Below are positions 10,660-25,238 of a DNA stretch of 64,000 bases, piece by piece. Each line of letters starts with the position of its first letter. Position 1 is the first letter of the stretch. Where the stretch lies: the NCBI GenBank assembly GCA_043228905.1, contig JBHGNT010000016.1:3224001-3288000 (forward strand). The letters are read 5' to 3'. The stretch comes from Azolla caroliniana. Lineage: Eukaryota > Plantae > Polypodiophyta. The position numbers and the translations under genes were made by a program. The notes below the pieces were generated by a model. The model did not search any database. It was not told the origin of the DNA and saw only the letters and a program-made list of their open reading frames with translations.

Positions 10660-13600
10660 AAAAGCAATCTACAACGTAATCACTCACACAAGATTAAGTA
10701 AAAACTTAACTTATCTAAGTTTGTATCGGGATTCCAGCACTTGATCGAAGATTAACACAACAAGAAATCACCAACATGGCTCTGCTCCCATTAATCCACA
10801 TTTAGAATAATTACAAAGTTATGAGGATACAAAAGTACAAAAAATGCAAGTTTTACAATAAGTTGAGACTCTAGTTAAAGTGACGAGATTAGCGTGTCAC
10901 AAGAGAGAGATTTCAATAACATAACAAGTTAGCGAGAGAGAAGTTTTAGAAACTCAAGAAGCTTACTCAATAAATGTGAAGGGAACACAAATTGTTATGA
11001 AGCGTGGAATGGTCCAATTAGACCATCATCTTTGTCATGGTAAGCTAGCACATAAAAGGCTATGTATGGGCAATTAATTTAGGGGAAAATAGAATGACAT
11101 AAGAGAGGTTGAAGGTATGCCACATTAAGCAATAACCTAGCTACATTAGGATATTTATAACAATAGCTTGTAAAATATTTAAGGGCTTGAACTCCATTAT
11201 GATATGATTGTATCATCCATTCCATATTCTGAATAAAGAATGAATGTATTTTCCATTTCATATTGTGAATATAATATTGGTGTTGTGGTATATGTTGTGT
11301 CAACTATATGTTTGTTTGAGAGTGTGAGGGAGGTATCATCTTGGGGAGCTTCATGAATATCCAATTTGTAAGGAGAGTGCACCATTCATGTCCATAGAGA
11401 GGCTTGTTAGTGATATCTCCTATCAAAGCCCCATAAGTGATCTGAAGTTGAAAGTGTTGGGTGATCAAGGAGACCAACACAAACCTTTAATTGGCGGCCT
11501 TTTCATGTCATATCTACATGAGTTCGAAATAAGTCACCATCATCAATATTTGATTTGAAGGATGCAACAGAATCAATTTGCCAAGTTTGAATAAAGCACC
11601 ATTTATTTATTTTTTTCCAAAACAAAAGCACCACCTATTTTGAGTGATAATGACTATACTAACTCCGTTATATATATCGTTTTTCGTTTGAATTTTCAAA
11701 TGATTGGTGTTGATATGCTTGTACACCAACAATACTTCTTTTTTTATTAAATATCATATGTTATTCATATATTTTAAGACTCAAGTTCATCGAGACATTT
11801 TGCTTTTATTAGCCAATCTCAAAGTAAAGAAAGGATTCAAAATCAATTACCGTAACAAGTGGTGATCAAATATTTAGGGATTGAAAATTGATCCATTGTT
11901 GATCCCATGCAAAACAAAACAAAATGTTGGTCCCTCAACATAAATTTCTATCAGATGGAAAATGTATGAAATTGAGTTATGGAATGCATCATATATGATG
12001 TTTTAGCCAATGATAACACCCTTCTTAAAGTTTTTTTTTTCATATCCATTTAAAGCAAGTTATGATCAATGTGAACGCAAACTTGTTGACATTACGTTTG
12101 TGGCCTAATGTCAACAGGTGAATGTGAATCCAACATGTGTGATAATGACGTTTATAAAGAATCAAGTATCTCGTCTTACACATTTGCTTTCATTGTTGTA
12201 ATCTTAAAGCTCAAGATAAAGCACAGAAATTATGTGGACGCGTTATCTCACCAACCTCCTAATTTTAGTAGGATTCATTTAAATTGTCTTGTTTTTCCTT
12301 AAATGTGCTGAGAAAATATCGAAATTGAAGTATCCACATTGCACCAGCTCTTCCTTACTTAAAAGAGACCTCATGAATGAAGTGAGAAAAGGCATCACTC
12401 GTTCAAGTAGTCACTTTACACTAATTAGAAAATGAGAAAAAGTTGAAAGGGAAGAGAAGATTTTAATCAATCATTGTTTGAGTATCACAAACCAAAAGAA
12501 ACCAAGAATATTAAAACTTTTAATTGTGGTTGCAATCATAGAATGAACCATACGTAACATACGTGCATTCGCGTTCAAGAATGATTCAATCAAATGTGTA
12601 TGGTAAATCATCTCAAAGTTGGATTGGATTTATAAGTTGGAAAAAAATAAAGGTTGGAATTTCAAAAAATGACTATGGTCTATATTATATATTGATTGAA
12701 TCAAATGTCAACACAATTGAAAGTTCAAAACTTAGGAATTACTTTACTAAACATTAGAAAGCACGAACATAAAAATCAAATAATTCAAAGCCATAATTGT
12801 ATTGATGATGAGCTCATCTTGCAATTATCGATGTTCTCATCTCGCAACTAGTGAAGGTATCAATTTCTTCACTTTAGAACTTTAAAAAAAAATGAGTATG
12901 AACTATAGATATTGAATCAAAATATGTCATTATAAATTATAATCAAACGTTCAAAACCTCATAAAATGTATATTCGAGAATATGAAGAAAACATGACACT
13001 AAAATAAAATTTTACTATGACATGACACTAAAGAAAGAGAGCGAGAGAGGGAGGGAGGGAGGGAGGGAGAGAGAGGGAGAGAGAGAGAAAGAGGGAGAGG
13101 GAGAAGTGAGACAATTCAAATTCGAACCCAAGACATAAGCAATAGCACACAACAACTTCAACTAGGGTGAGCTAATTTCCAACAATAAAAAAAGAAAAAA
13201 AAAGAAAGGAAAACATATTTTTCCCTTTTCAAACGTATTTGTTTCCAAACATTTGCATACTTGCACAAACGCATTTATTACAATTCCGTTCAACTTGCAA
13301 TATAGCACCATTGGTTTTTTGGATATAGGGTATGGTGTCAAACAAGTAAACAAATTGTCATTAAAGGCTTACCCTCTTAGAGCGAAGATAATAATGGTAA
13401 AATGTTCACATAACCCCCCAACCATGACATGCATTTCTAACAACAAAACAATACATTGCATTGCCTCTTATAATAGTTTAGTTTAAGGAGGGTATTTCCT
13501 CGACAAACTGTTCACATGAAAATATTGTATCAAAATGCAATACTTTCGTTTACAATTTCTGTATTGTAGAAATTGTGTCAAATTTCAATGTGGTAAAATA

Positions 13601-16168
13601 AAGTCTTTTTTATAGAGGTGAATTATTAGTCTATATACTCTCCCAAACTAAAAGTAGTGTTTATCTAGAGAACACAACATAAACCCATTTCCTGATGCTT
13701 GAGCCCCACAATCTTCAAGTTGCAAAATAAGTGCTTTATAATGTTATTAAGGTGACGTCATGAGCTTACAAGTAATCACGTCTAAGAGTTCTAAAGTCTC
13801 ATAAATAATGTAGAAACGCTTTGCTTTCCAACTAGGTTGTAACAAGTCTTGTCTTGTTATAATTGTCTTTTTATATGTAGCAACATCATACCCCACCATT
13901 GGATTTTGGAAATCGATATTTCTAGGTGAAACGTGTCAATTAATAATCAATATGATGATATTAACACGAAAATAATTATAATAAACATAATTAGAGTCAT
14001 TGTTTCATATTCGAACCCATAACCTAATGCTAATAATCATCTAGATGCTTCAACATTCTTATAATGTAATATATTATCACATGCAAGCACCTACTTTTGC
14101 TCCCTCATCGAACCTATGGAAGTATCTTCATTTGAAGCTAAGAAATAGTAATAACAATGGACTTAGAGTGACATATATATGTTATGGTTTTGATTTTGGA
14201 GCTTTTTGTTGACATATTACTTTATTGAAAGTGATCCTAGACAAGGGTTTTAATTAAAGACTACGACAAGGATCGGCATAGAAGTGCATGCTATTTGTTG
14301 ATGAGGTACACCTATCCACGACGTGGAGTTATGTTATTGATGTAGTTGTTATTGTTTTGATGATGACGTGCATGGCATAAATGCAATACAAAAGTTGCCA
14401 AATTAGAAAATTCTCATCGGGATTAAATTACACCAATATGGACTTTTATAATGAGCTTCGTATTATTCCAAAAATAAGGTAACAATGACATAACGTAAAT
14501 GTTGATGTTTATGATCTTTTAATTATTCATCTTTCAACACATTTTTCATTAAACTAAATTATGGAACATCTTTTGAATGGATTCATGCATGTTAAACGAA
14601 ATAAGCATTGGCTAAAATATCATGATTAAGTTTAAATGATCTCATCATCGACTTATAGCCTCGTGCACTGAACAATTTTTAGTTAATTGGACAAAAGGTG
14701 ATGGATTGAAGGCTTAAACAATGGGCCTAATGTGGCATGCATAATGGAAAATCATACAATTAGTTTATGTACACACTCACAATTTTCTCAAAAAATGTGG
14801 ATAACTTCTTGAACCCGATGGTTTAATGCAAAGTCATTGCCGCTTTAGGATTGATAAACTCTTAAAGTCAAATATTAAGTTGGAGGTGCTCATTGGAACA
14901 CTTCATGTAGACAAAGACGAGTGAAGGAATGACCTCTTCTCCAACCATATGTCTATGGTTGGGCTCCAACCTAAGGTTATAGGGTAAGAACCAAGAACCC
15001 CACCATTTACCAAGCAATTATTTCCAAGCGAGACAAATATTTTGAGTGATGAATGATAAAAAGGTGAAAACATTTAAATATCATCAATGTCTTCACATGT
15101 ATACTTATAAGAAAAACTATGACGCCCATTTTGCTAGAAAAGCAATCCAATCTCTCTCTACAAGGAATTCATCTTGTCCGGTCCTCCTGAATTTCGGTTT
15201 CCAACTCCTATATGGCTTATATTTACCACAAAGGAGTAATTCATGATTCTATAATTAAAGATACTTTGTATTCTTTGCTTGACATAACGTCTCACTTATA
15301 AAAACTCACTCAATGAATGAGCATGATTCTTCAAGATATGCTCCACTAAGTATGTCACATTTACCATCACAAATGAATGAATTCTTGTAGTTGTAAAGAC
15401 AAGTGCATTTTCACATGTGGAGATTAGGTGGTTTCTGGCAATTTCAATAGTGTTATCTAATGGTTAGATGACCAAGAGGCCTCCTCTACAAGCTACATGT
15501 TGTCTGATGAGATTGAACATCTCGTATCACCCGACACTTGGCTATCAATCTTAGAATTCAGGCACACTTGCTCATTGGAGACATAATGTGCCTAGGACGG
15601 TAAAGCCATGCATGGTTTGGACTTTGATGCCACTATAGATGGGGACGCATACAACTCTGCACATTTGCTAACGAGTTCGTGGAAATTGGTACAGTTGTAG
15701 GACCACCACACAAGCACTATCAAACAAAGGTTATCAATTCACATTAAAGTAGGACCCACAATAAGGACATAAAGCAGTAACACGTTGTGGGTTCGAACCA
15801 ATACTTTCCACACATATTTTCTTACACCCATGTATTTGTTTATTTCTTTCTTGAATGGCATACCAACGTTGAGTCCTTACTTTCCACACATTTATCGCTT
15901 TTCCCGAACTACACATATCGAATCCTTCTCTTGAGCTACATCTACGGAATGGGGTGTATTGACCCGATGGCGTCTGGCCGGCCCGATACGCGCTTGCGCC
16001 CGGACACACCTAAAGAGAAGCATTTCAATAATAGCCTTTTTCTCTAGTAATCTCTTCTCATTCTTCTTCTTCTTCTTCTTCTTCTTCTTTTTACATGAAC
16101 AAAAAATAAAATAAACAGCAGCTCTCCATGCTCAATTCTTCACAATATTTCATTGATAATGATCTAAT

Positions 16169-19100
16169 ATGGCCCCTGTCCCTGAAACGCATCAGGCGTC
16201 GAACCTCCAATCCGCCCTTCAGATTTCCATCGGCACCGATTTGATCTCTAATGCCAAATATCTTCTCGCTTTTCTAAAGAAAGCATCAAACCTGCAAGAT
16301 GAAAGCTTTCTACTCCAAGCTATTAGAAGGTTAGTGCAATTTACGGTTATTTATCCATTTTCTCTCAGCTCTAAGAATTGAACAAGACTTTATTTCTACT
16401 GTTAAACAAACAGATAGAATTGTATGGCATTGCGATGATAGATATTGCGGTGATAGATATTCCATTTTTTATTTGATAGATTGTTGTATTTCTAAAAATC
16501 AATGAATAAAAATTTACTACCTCTCTATAATTTCACCGTTTTATACTTTTGTTGGATTTATGTGACATTTTGTGTGGGAAATAACATAGTCCTGTTGGTT
16601 TTATGAGAGAAATAGCATAGTCTTGCTGGATATTGTATGAAAAATAATGTAGTCATATTGGAATCGTGTGAGAAATAGCATAGCGTTGTCAGATTTTGAG
16701 AATTATAGAATTTTTAAAAGAAATAGGATACTCATGTTGGATTTTGTGTGAAATATGCCATAATCCTGATGGGTTTTGTATGATAAATAGACTTATTGAA
16801 TTTGAGTGAAAAAGAGGACCAGGGGGAGAAACATTATAGATTTTGGTGGTTTCATTAGTAACTTTAGCATAGATTCAGAATGTTTGAATCTGTACATAAC
16901 CTGTGTATTCATTGCGTTTACAGCATTAAATCATTGCTATGCATCTTACTAGTTGATTAGTTGATCACATTTCAAATAATAATCCTAAGCTAGAAAAAGT
17001 CTATTGGTTTGAAACTCAAGTATTTACTATGTGCATGATTGGATGCTACAGGTACAAAGTTTATTGGCTGCCACTTGCTGCAAGATCTCAAGATTTGTTG
17101 CCACCTTTTGATGTGCACTGGGTGTGGCTATGTCATTGTTTGAACCCGGTTAATTCCTCACTCTTGTTGTGTAATAAATTACGCATATCTACTTCCTGTT
17201 CACGTTGAACCGTTCTCCACTTTGGTCTCCAAAGTTCTCATTCAATATTATTTTCACTGGTAGAGAGAGAGAGAGAGCAGATATATAATAATTATTTCTG
17301 ATCAACATAATTTTTTTTTCACAGAAGACTTATCAACGTTTTTGTGAACGTCATTACTCCAAAATCATAGATCTTCCCATACTCAATGATACTGCAAGCG
17401 AGTTTTCTGCTCATGAAAGATGCAGATTAGCTTGGAAGGAACGTTATCCAAATGAACCTTTTGACATAGAGATGCCAGAGATAAAAAGCCCAGCTAGGCA
17501 TAGGAGACATGTCCGCCAAGCACATGCATCATATCTACCAGAAGAGAAAGAGCTCGTGGAAATTGTTTTGCAAGAGAGTAGATTCTATAAAAAGGTCTGA
17601 CAAAACATTGGGTAATTCTTTTTTTTATGATTTGTGGTCTTACATCCCCTTGGTTTTCATCTTTTGGGGCCTAGTGATGATATTATCTACAGGCAAAACA
17701 TTATAATTCTTTCTTTTATGTTTTATGCTCATATGTTCCCTTGATTTTCTTCTTTTGGGGTCTAGTAACGATCTCATCTATAAGTGAACTGTCACTCTCC
17801 AATGGTACTCTAAGCCATCACCACATCATTGAACAAGTTGTTTGTATAGGACCAACTTATATGCTTGGCAAGTTTAGCTATACCTGTGCAATAAACCAAA
17901 GAAAAGTGTGTCCTATGTGCTCAAAATAGGATTCTAGATAATAAACCCACTTTGCATTCATTTTCCTGTTAGTCACAGAAGATTGGTACATCACCATGCA
18001 GCAATATGTAGGTACATAAAGTATTTTTCATTCTTTCTATTCGAAATTTCGTATTAAATTTCATGGAGAGGCGATGTGAAAATTTGAAAGAAAATTCGTG
18101 ATAAATTGTAAAATTTAAGCTTTCAGATTTGTTATGTGTGCAGGTTTCACGGCCATACATGTATCACGATGGTTTCCTAAAGGTTGCAGAAGAAAGATAC
18201 AAGTGTTTTTTGTACATGTTATTCAAGCACAAAGGGAGGATAAATTATATGCCAACCTTTGACATTCAGCTGATGTGGAAAAGCCATCAGGTAAAATGAT
18301 ATAAAAAGTATGTCATTATTTTCATATTCAATGACATTATAGTGTTCTTAGTGGTGATTACCTACCCAGACAGTGAGTCTCAATTATTTCTTGATCATAC
18401 AATTCCACAAAACTCTCTTTGGGTTTAGTTTCATATATATCATTGAGTTAAGCAACGACAGACATTATATAGATCTAGCTCCTCCAAACCTGAGATAGGA
18501 TAGAGGATATATAGTCAAAATAGCACTCATCTCAATAGTACGAGGAATCACAAACTTCACAACATTAATCAAAGATGAAACCACTATCAAAGCCAGCTGT
18601 CATGTTATTACGAATTTGCCAAGAATTCAAACAAATTACAATCATTAACTTACTTCCTGGTACATTGTTTTTGTTCGGCACAAATTTTTTGTGGCTGGGC
18701 TAAGGAATTGAGCAGATCATAAAATACTTAAGCTGAACAAAATCAGTTTGTAGGGAAGTGCAGTTGTGAGTGTATTTTTTTATATTCTTGGTAAATAGTA
18801 GAAGACTTTAACAGAATTTGGCGAAATATATATATGTAGACATTCCATGCTCTTGTGAAAATGTGAAAATGTTTGCTAGCTCAGCATATAACGTCATGAA
18901 CTTAGATGAACTGAAACCTCAATATTGATAAATAAGTCTGCTCAGAGTTCATGTAGACAATGGGGATGGGATTTCACATTCCAGGCCTCAGTTCCTCGTG
19001 ATTGCGTTCACTTTCTATGTGAAAAATTTAACATTATGCATATAAGTTTAAAATCTATGGCATATTAAGCAATTTCATTGTGCATTTCAAGTTTTAACCA

Positions 19101-19281
19101 AAATAACCAACCCCAGATTATTTACGCTATCAGAAAACTAGTTTACAAGGTGAGTGAGGAATTCTTATGACACAAGCACTTGATTGTTAAAATGTCTCAA
19201 GGTGTAACATGCCTAAACAGACGAACTATTTGAAACAGGGAAGCTTGTGGGTGGCGTAAGTAAAGCAGAGTGATATAGCTT

Positions 19282-19324
<43 letters not shown>

Positions 19325-21680
19325 TGATTTTCTTTTGCAGATCTATCCTGCAGTGTACATCCTTGATATATCAAGACTGCATGGATATCCAGAAGAGATT
19401 GATGTTCAATCTCAGGAAGAAGAAAACACACTGCACAAGATTGAACACACATCAAGAACTTGGGAAGTATTGTTTGGGCAACCTTATGAAAGGGCAGGTG
19501 CAATGTGTCGAAGAACTAATATTGCTGGAAATGTAGACTCTGTGGATGCATTGCCTGAAATTATACCCCTGTCGATTAATTGGTATCATCAGACTATGGA
19601 TATAAACTCCAAGCATAAGTCACTAACTCCCAGGTTCATTGTGGAGGTAGGTTCTGTTTTCTAACATACAATAAGTAGTTAGTTCCATGAGTGGCAGTAG
19701 GAAATGGCAAATAGTCATAACTTTTAATGTTATACAAAGACTTGAGAATAAAGTATAAAAAATAACAGAAAACAATTCAGAGCTTACATTGGGAAGTATG
19801 TTAGAAGGCATTATGAGAACTGAAAAAGAGAATAAAACTGATAACAATATACCATTTTGATATGTGCTGCAAAGAATTAAAAAAACGGATTCACAAAATG
19901 CAGTACGCTCAGATTGCATATCTGAAGTTTTGTCACTTATGCATGGATTATTAATTAACCTGTCATTGTAGAAAAGAGCATTTTACCTTGCTAGAAAGTA
20001 TTCATTGGATCTTGTATGGGTGGTGTCTCTGACTAATATTTGCACATTGACTAGCATGGTCTGCTCTTTAATATTATTCTCTTTTGTTTTGAACCTACAG
20101 GTATGCATTCATGTGAAGGGTGCAAAAGCTCAGGCCAAGCTAGAGGCAGGTGCACATGAATTGGTTTTACGGTTGCGGATGATGGAAGCATGCAAATCAT
20201 TGCAACAATGTGTGCCAGTCTCAAGCTACATGTTTGACAATGTGTGGCATCAAGCATTCTTGATGCAGTGTGAAGTTTCGTCCAATGGTTTGATCTTAGA
20301 GCTTCGTTCACATAGAGTAGCATGTCTTAAAGGAGTTTCTCAGCTATTAGGAAAAGTTGCATTGACTTGGAAAGAATTAGAAACTGAAGTGCTTTTTGCA
20401 AAGAAAAACTCCCTTTCTATCAAGAGGACTGGTATTATGGAGTCATTGATTACCTTGACTTCTATCACTCCTCCAGTGCAGGCACCATATCTCCTCAAGG
20501 CCTTGAATGATAGGGTTACTGATGATACAGGTGCCATGTTGTCAAAGAGGATAGGGAGATTGAACAAGTATAAACCACAATGTGGCCGCTGGATATCTTG
20601 GACAGTCTTGGATCATACTGGAAACGAATGCTTCATTATTCGTATCTGGTAAATGCATAAACTTATTATATTATGTCCTCGAGCTACTTCAATGCATGTA
20701 ATATTAACAAGTAAATCTGACTGACATACCCTACATGCATTCATAATAGATTAATCATGAAATTCTGTGAGTTCCATTGACCAAATAGGAATCCATAAGC
20801 ATGTAATATTTAGCATTGGTACAAGCATCTTCTTAGAGTCTACCTTTCTATGGTCGCATGCATGTCAGAGAGTCTCTCTAGGATTTCGTTTCACATCTAT
20901 ATTCTCTTGCATTTGTGTATGTAAGAGTTTAAAGGTCATAAGACAGATATTGCTCATAAGTCATGTGGGTGTATTAGTGACTTTCATAGCTGCTTTAAGG
21001 TTTCCTTATACCAGATTGATACAAAAAAATATACATTGTGCGTGACACATATGCAACTGTGTATTGTATTTTGGGTTATATCCTCCCCTCCCTAGCCATG
21101 TAAGGAAGCTCTGCGTGACTAAGCACATGTTAAATGCAATTTTTTTAGTTCGTTTCTTTTTCTTTTTCTTTTTATGGACATCTCATAAGCAGAACTTATT
21201 TATGCACATGCCTAATTATTATGCATACAGTGTTCATATGGCTCAAGATGGTGTATAGAGATAGGACTTGAAAGCACTTGCATACTGATGTATGAGACAG
21301 AGGCACATACTTCTCCACAGAACTGGTGAAAGTTTTCTTGCATTTGAGAAATAGTAGTAACACATTAAGCATTATATTCAAGTGGTTAACTTTCAAGAAC
21401 ATTTATTACTCTACGGGATCAACAGTGTAGCTGCTGGTGTATGGAGAAAAAATGAAAGACCTGTAGGGGTTGATTGGAATGAGAGGATAATTCAAGTCCA
21501 TGGAGGAGGATGGAATTACATCAGGCGTTCTGTTGGAATCGCTCCAGGTAATTTTAAGATTTCCCTTTTTCCTTTGATTTTCTCTCTCCCAGATGTGATC
21601 ATATCGTTCATGTATGCATACACACATACATAATGTTTGTCTGTAACAAACATGTATGCATTGATACATACATACATACA

Positions 21681-21716
<36 letters not shown>

Positions 21717-23182
21717 TACAAGTGCTGACCTGTACTTGATGTATTGTATCAGAAAATATCCTGGCCACAGCTACACCTGTGGGTGATGAGCTGGAACAAT
21801 ATAAAATGAAATGGTCATTGTCAACTGGAGAGACATTAACAATACAGATGCCCATAGAGAATTCTCAATGGGAGAGAAACTTGGGATTCTCAGTGAAAGG
21901 GAGTTCACTTGGAATGGTAAGCATTTGCTGAATAATGGGTCATACTATGGTAGGGTCAATTAGTTTTCTTAACCTTCAGTAGAAATAATCAAAATTTGAA
22001 TGTATACCATAGTTGGTATCATTTGCAGTTCTTTAACCTTCAATTGAAATCAAAATATTAACATAAAAGTTAGGACACGACATAGGTAGTATAAGTGCAT
22101 GATAAGAGGAAACCTTCAATTCAAATAATAATCATGAATATTTGTTTCTCATCACATTTTTTGAAACATTCATTATATGGCCTAGCTGAAACTTAATAAA
22201 AGGTGAACTTTGAGTGGTCTTTATTGCCAACTGACGAGAAAAAGACTTTATCATTTGCATTGGTTGTTTAATAAACTGTTGCAAACAAACATGTATGTTG
22301 TCAGCCAAATTTGTTCTATGGATTATCTGGCATAGGAATGTATATACATTGGAAGCATAACTAACTGTGTGCCATAGAAATTTAAATGTTGTGAGCATAA
22401 TTATAGTGGCATAAGAATGTATATCTTGTGAGCAAACTATAAGTTTATTTATGGCATAGAGATGTATACGTTGGGAGCAAAACTAACTGTATGTAGCATA
22501 GAAATGTATATGTTGTGAGCATAACAAACTATATGTGGCATAGAAATGTATATGCTATCTGATAAAAAGGTGCATACAAATATTTTAGGTCCGACTTCTT
22601 AATGGGCGTTGCATGCAATATGAGGTGCCATGTGCAGCTCCAGAGGAGGAAGAAGGTTATGTGACACTGGTAAGGTACACTACTGAATCACCACAAGGCC
22701 AAGCTACAGCTCTCTTTAACTGGAAGATGTCAGTTATGGAGATTCTACCAGAGGAGGATGTTGTTTTTGTCATACTTATATGCATAGCAACACAAAGGAG
22801 TGTGGGGGACCTTGGTGGGAAGATATTACACAATCTTTACAAGAGGAGAAAAGTGAGGCAACATCTGGGAAAGAGGGATTGGGGCTCAGTAGTGATGGGA
22901 GAAGGGAAAGGCGCACCTCCAGAGTATATGAGGTGGTATGTCAATCCAGAGGATGTATTAGGTGTGAACTTGGCAGATGCCAATAATGACGAGGTTTTGC
23001 CGAAAGGTGCAAGCTACCAAATGTATAGAGGTACAAGTTGGCTCTATGGGGGGAGCTCTAAAGGTCTTTATAACCTTCCTAGTAAGGGATCATTTGAATC
23101 CTTTGGGGTTGATGGAAGTGACCATTTTTTTGGTTTGCAGCACTTTGGCAGCCAAACAAAGTTTCCTGCATTCTCTCGCTAG
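16169..23182 (+). CDS. DUF1399 / glycine-rich-domain-containing protein (GRDP) family; lacks a Gly-rich tail. 9 exons: 16169-16329, 17052-17148, 17325-17594, 18144-18290, 19341-19646, 20101-20648, 21426-21547, 21753-21916, 22589-23182
   Basis: All introns are GT-AG with consistent phases. Family motifs: AIRRY..YWLPL, LPPFDVHWVWLCHCLNP, PTFDIQLMWKSHQIYP, TWEVLFGQPYERAG, PPVQAPYLLK, RVTDDTGAM, ATALFNWK, PEEDVVFVILIC, RDWGSV. Confidence 0.9.
16560..16800. repeat. Degenerate ~31-bp minisatellite in DUF1399 gene intron 1
   Basis: About 7-8 units resembling gaaatagcatagtcctgttggattttgtgtga. Confidence 0.7.
22328..22556. repeat. Degenerate ~42-bp minisatellite in DUF1399 gene intron 8
   Basis: About 6 units resembling ggcatagaaatgtatatgttgtgagcataactaactgtatgt. 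Confidence 0.75.
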
Positions 23183-24125
23183 TTACAGATTTTCAGCTGT
23201 ATATTTTGTTTCATCACACTGTTACAGTTGTACATTTATAGAAGCTTGTATGCACATATTCATTATTCATATAAACTGTAGATTAAATGGTGAGAGGCTT
23301 GACTAGAAGCTTGTTACAATCTTTAACTGACATCATGTAATAATATAAAGGTTTTATATTTATTCATAGAACATCCAAATTTGCGATAATTTTTATTTAT
23401 TGGCTCCAAACATTACAAATGTATTACAGTTTAAACTTGTCACAAAAAGTACAGTTTATTACAGGATAGTTAAGTCCCTCCTGATTTTTTCTATGATCCA
23501 AAATGTGACTACTTCTATCAAAGAGACTCTTCTTGGGTATTGATTGTAATATGAAATTTACCTTACACATTCGTACTTGTCTAGGTGTACCTATAGTCTG
23601 GATTTCCCCTTGAGTTACCTGTCTTCTAGGTGTACTCATAATAGAACTTACGTTTTCAAGGAAGGATTTGTAATTGTAATATTGGAAATTTTATGACGTT
23701 TTCCAATGAATTGCAAAATAGTCATCAATATTGGGAGGGCAATATCTTTGAGCAGATATCCAAGATTTTCTATGAAGTATATAACATGTCCTTAGTTTCT
23801 ACACGAGGACTGAAATGTTTACATGCTATGGAACATTAGGTGAATGGCAATGTAAGCAACAAGACAATCTCTTGTCGCAGCATCATATAAGGTTCAAAAT
23901 AGCACTCGAGTGCTTAAGAAAGCATTTAACTTCATTGATATTGTTTGCAAAATTTTAAAGAAATGATGTGTTGAGATATCATCCAAGATCATTGGTCCAA
24001 TTGTTTGAATGTATACAGCCTATACAATCCATGTCATGTAACATCATAGCTAAGATATTTTATGATACAACCAAAGCATGTCAAGTGGTTGCAAGGTTCA
24101 AAAAAATTATATAGTATTTACAGCT

Positions 24126-25238
24126 TCAATCAAAGAATATTAATTTGGTTTGCATGATGGCGAGACACTCTGTAGGGAGAGTAAGGAAGGCATTCATGAA
24201 CACGTCATTGACACGAACAATAGGGGCTACTCCAACAAGTTTGCAATTGCCATGTGAATCTAACCTTCTACCCTCTCCTTGTCGCATGCGACCCTTGGCT
24301 ACCTCTGTAGTTAACAAAGTGTCAACCACAAGGGGAGGTGCTCTATACAAAGATCCAATTGAAAACATGAAATCAGCTGAGAACTCAAGTTCAACCTGCA
24401 GAACATCACCCACAAGCAAAAGTCTTCAATTAATATTCATAGAAACTCTAATATGCCATCCCATGCACATCTTAGGGTGCAAACTCCTCTAGGTTTTTCT
24501 TCTTGTGCCCTTGGTCAACCATCCCCTTAAATGTGCTATTTGCATAATTATATCGTCAATTTATGCCCTCATTGTTTGCGCAATTATATGGTCAATAAAT
24601 AACCTTTCTTTGGAGTATTTTCAGAACTCCGTGAAAAATGAGGGACTTTTTGACAAATATGCCCATGTATATGAATATATATATTATCCCATGATTGTTG
24701 TTCATATAACATAAGCACATCATAGACAACAATATAATAATACCTTGCCTTCAGCCTTATCGATGAACCCCTTGAAATGCCGGGGAACAATTTGAATACA
24801 GATGAAAGGAGGCAATGGCAACCCCAAGAACCGTGTGGTTTTTGACTCCACTGGTGGTATATACAGGCTGGGTGTATCAAAAACCACTGCTAATTTATTA
24901 CCACCCTCACACTTCTCTATAGTTCCAAGACCACCACCGCCATCTGCATTATAAACAAAATCAGGATACATGGCAATGCCCAATCTGCAGTCTTTTAGAG
25001 TCCTTATCTCAATGCGCGACACCTCATTTTTAAGAGAATTGATTCTTTTCCCTTCATCTTTTAGGCTTTCAGTTAGAGAAAATGTCATTCCAGATTTTAG
25101 GCAATGAGGCACGTTGCTCAATTTGTGTTTCTTTTGGACATGAAGAGAAAAAGGTTTATTCCCCCTTATTGCCATTTGTTTCCCTTGCCACACTTTATTA
25201 TAAACTGGAAGACAAGGTTGAAGATGAAGAGTCAGCAT
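24126..25238 (-). CDS. Uncharacterised conserved plant/cyanobacterial-type protein, probably plastid-targeted; coding exons 25238-24744 and 24395-24126
   Basis: Two ORFs are joined by a phase-0 GT-AG intron (AAG|GTATTA ... TGCAG|GTT). The core YPDFVYNADGGGGLG...IPPVESKTTRFLGLPLPP...FSIGSLYRAPPL...LVGVA...FLTLPTECLA resembles a family I recall from plants and cyanobacteria. The N-terminus is basic and transit-peptide-like. An acceptor AG just before the ATG and a donor near 26390 suggest a 5'UTR intron. Confidence 0.8.

Noticed and set aside
15400-16047. Cys-containing ORFs (CPYC) upstream of the DUF1399 gene
   Set aside because: No family motif I can recognise; possibly a decayed TE, but unsupported.
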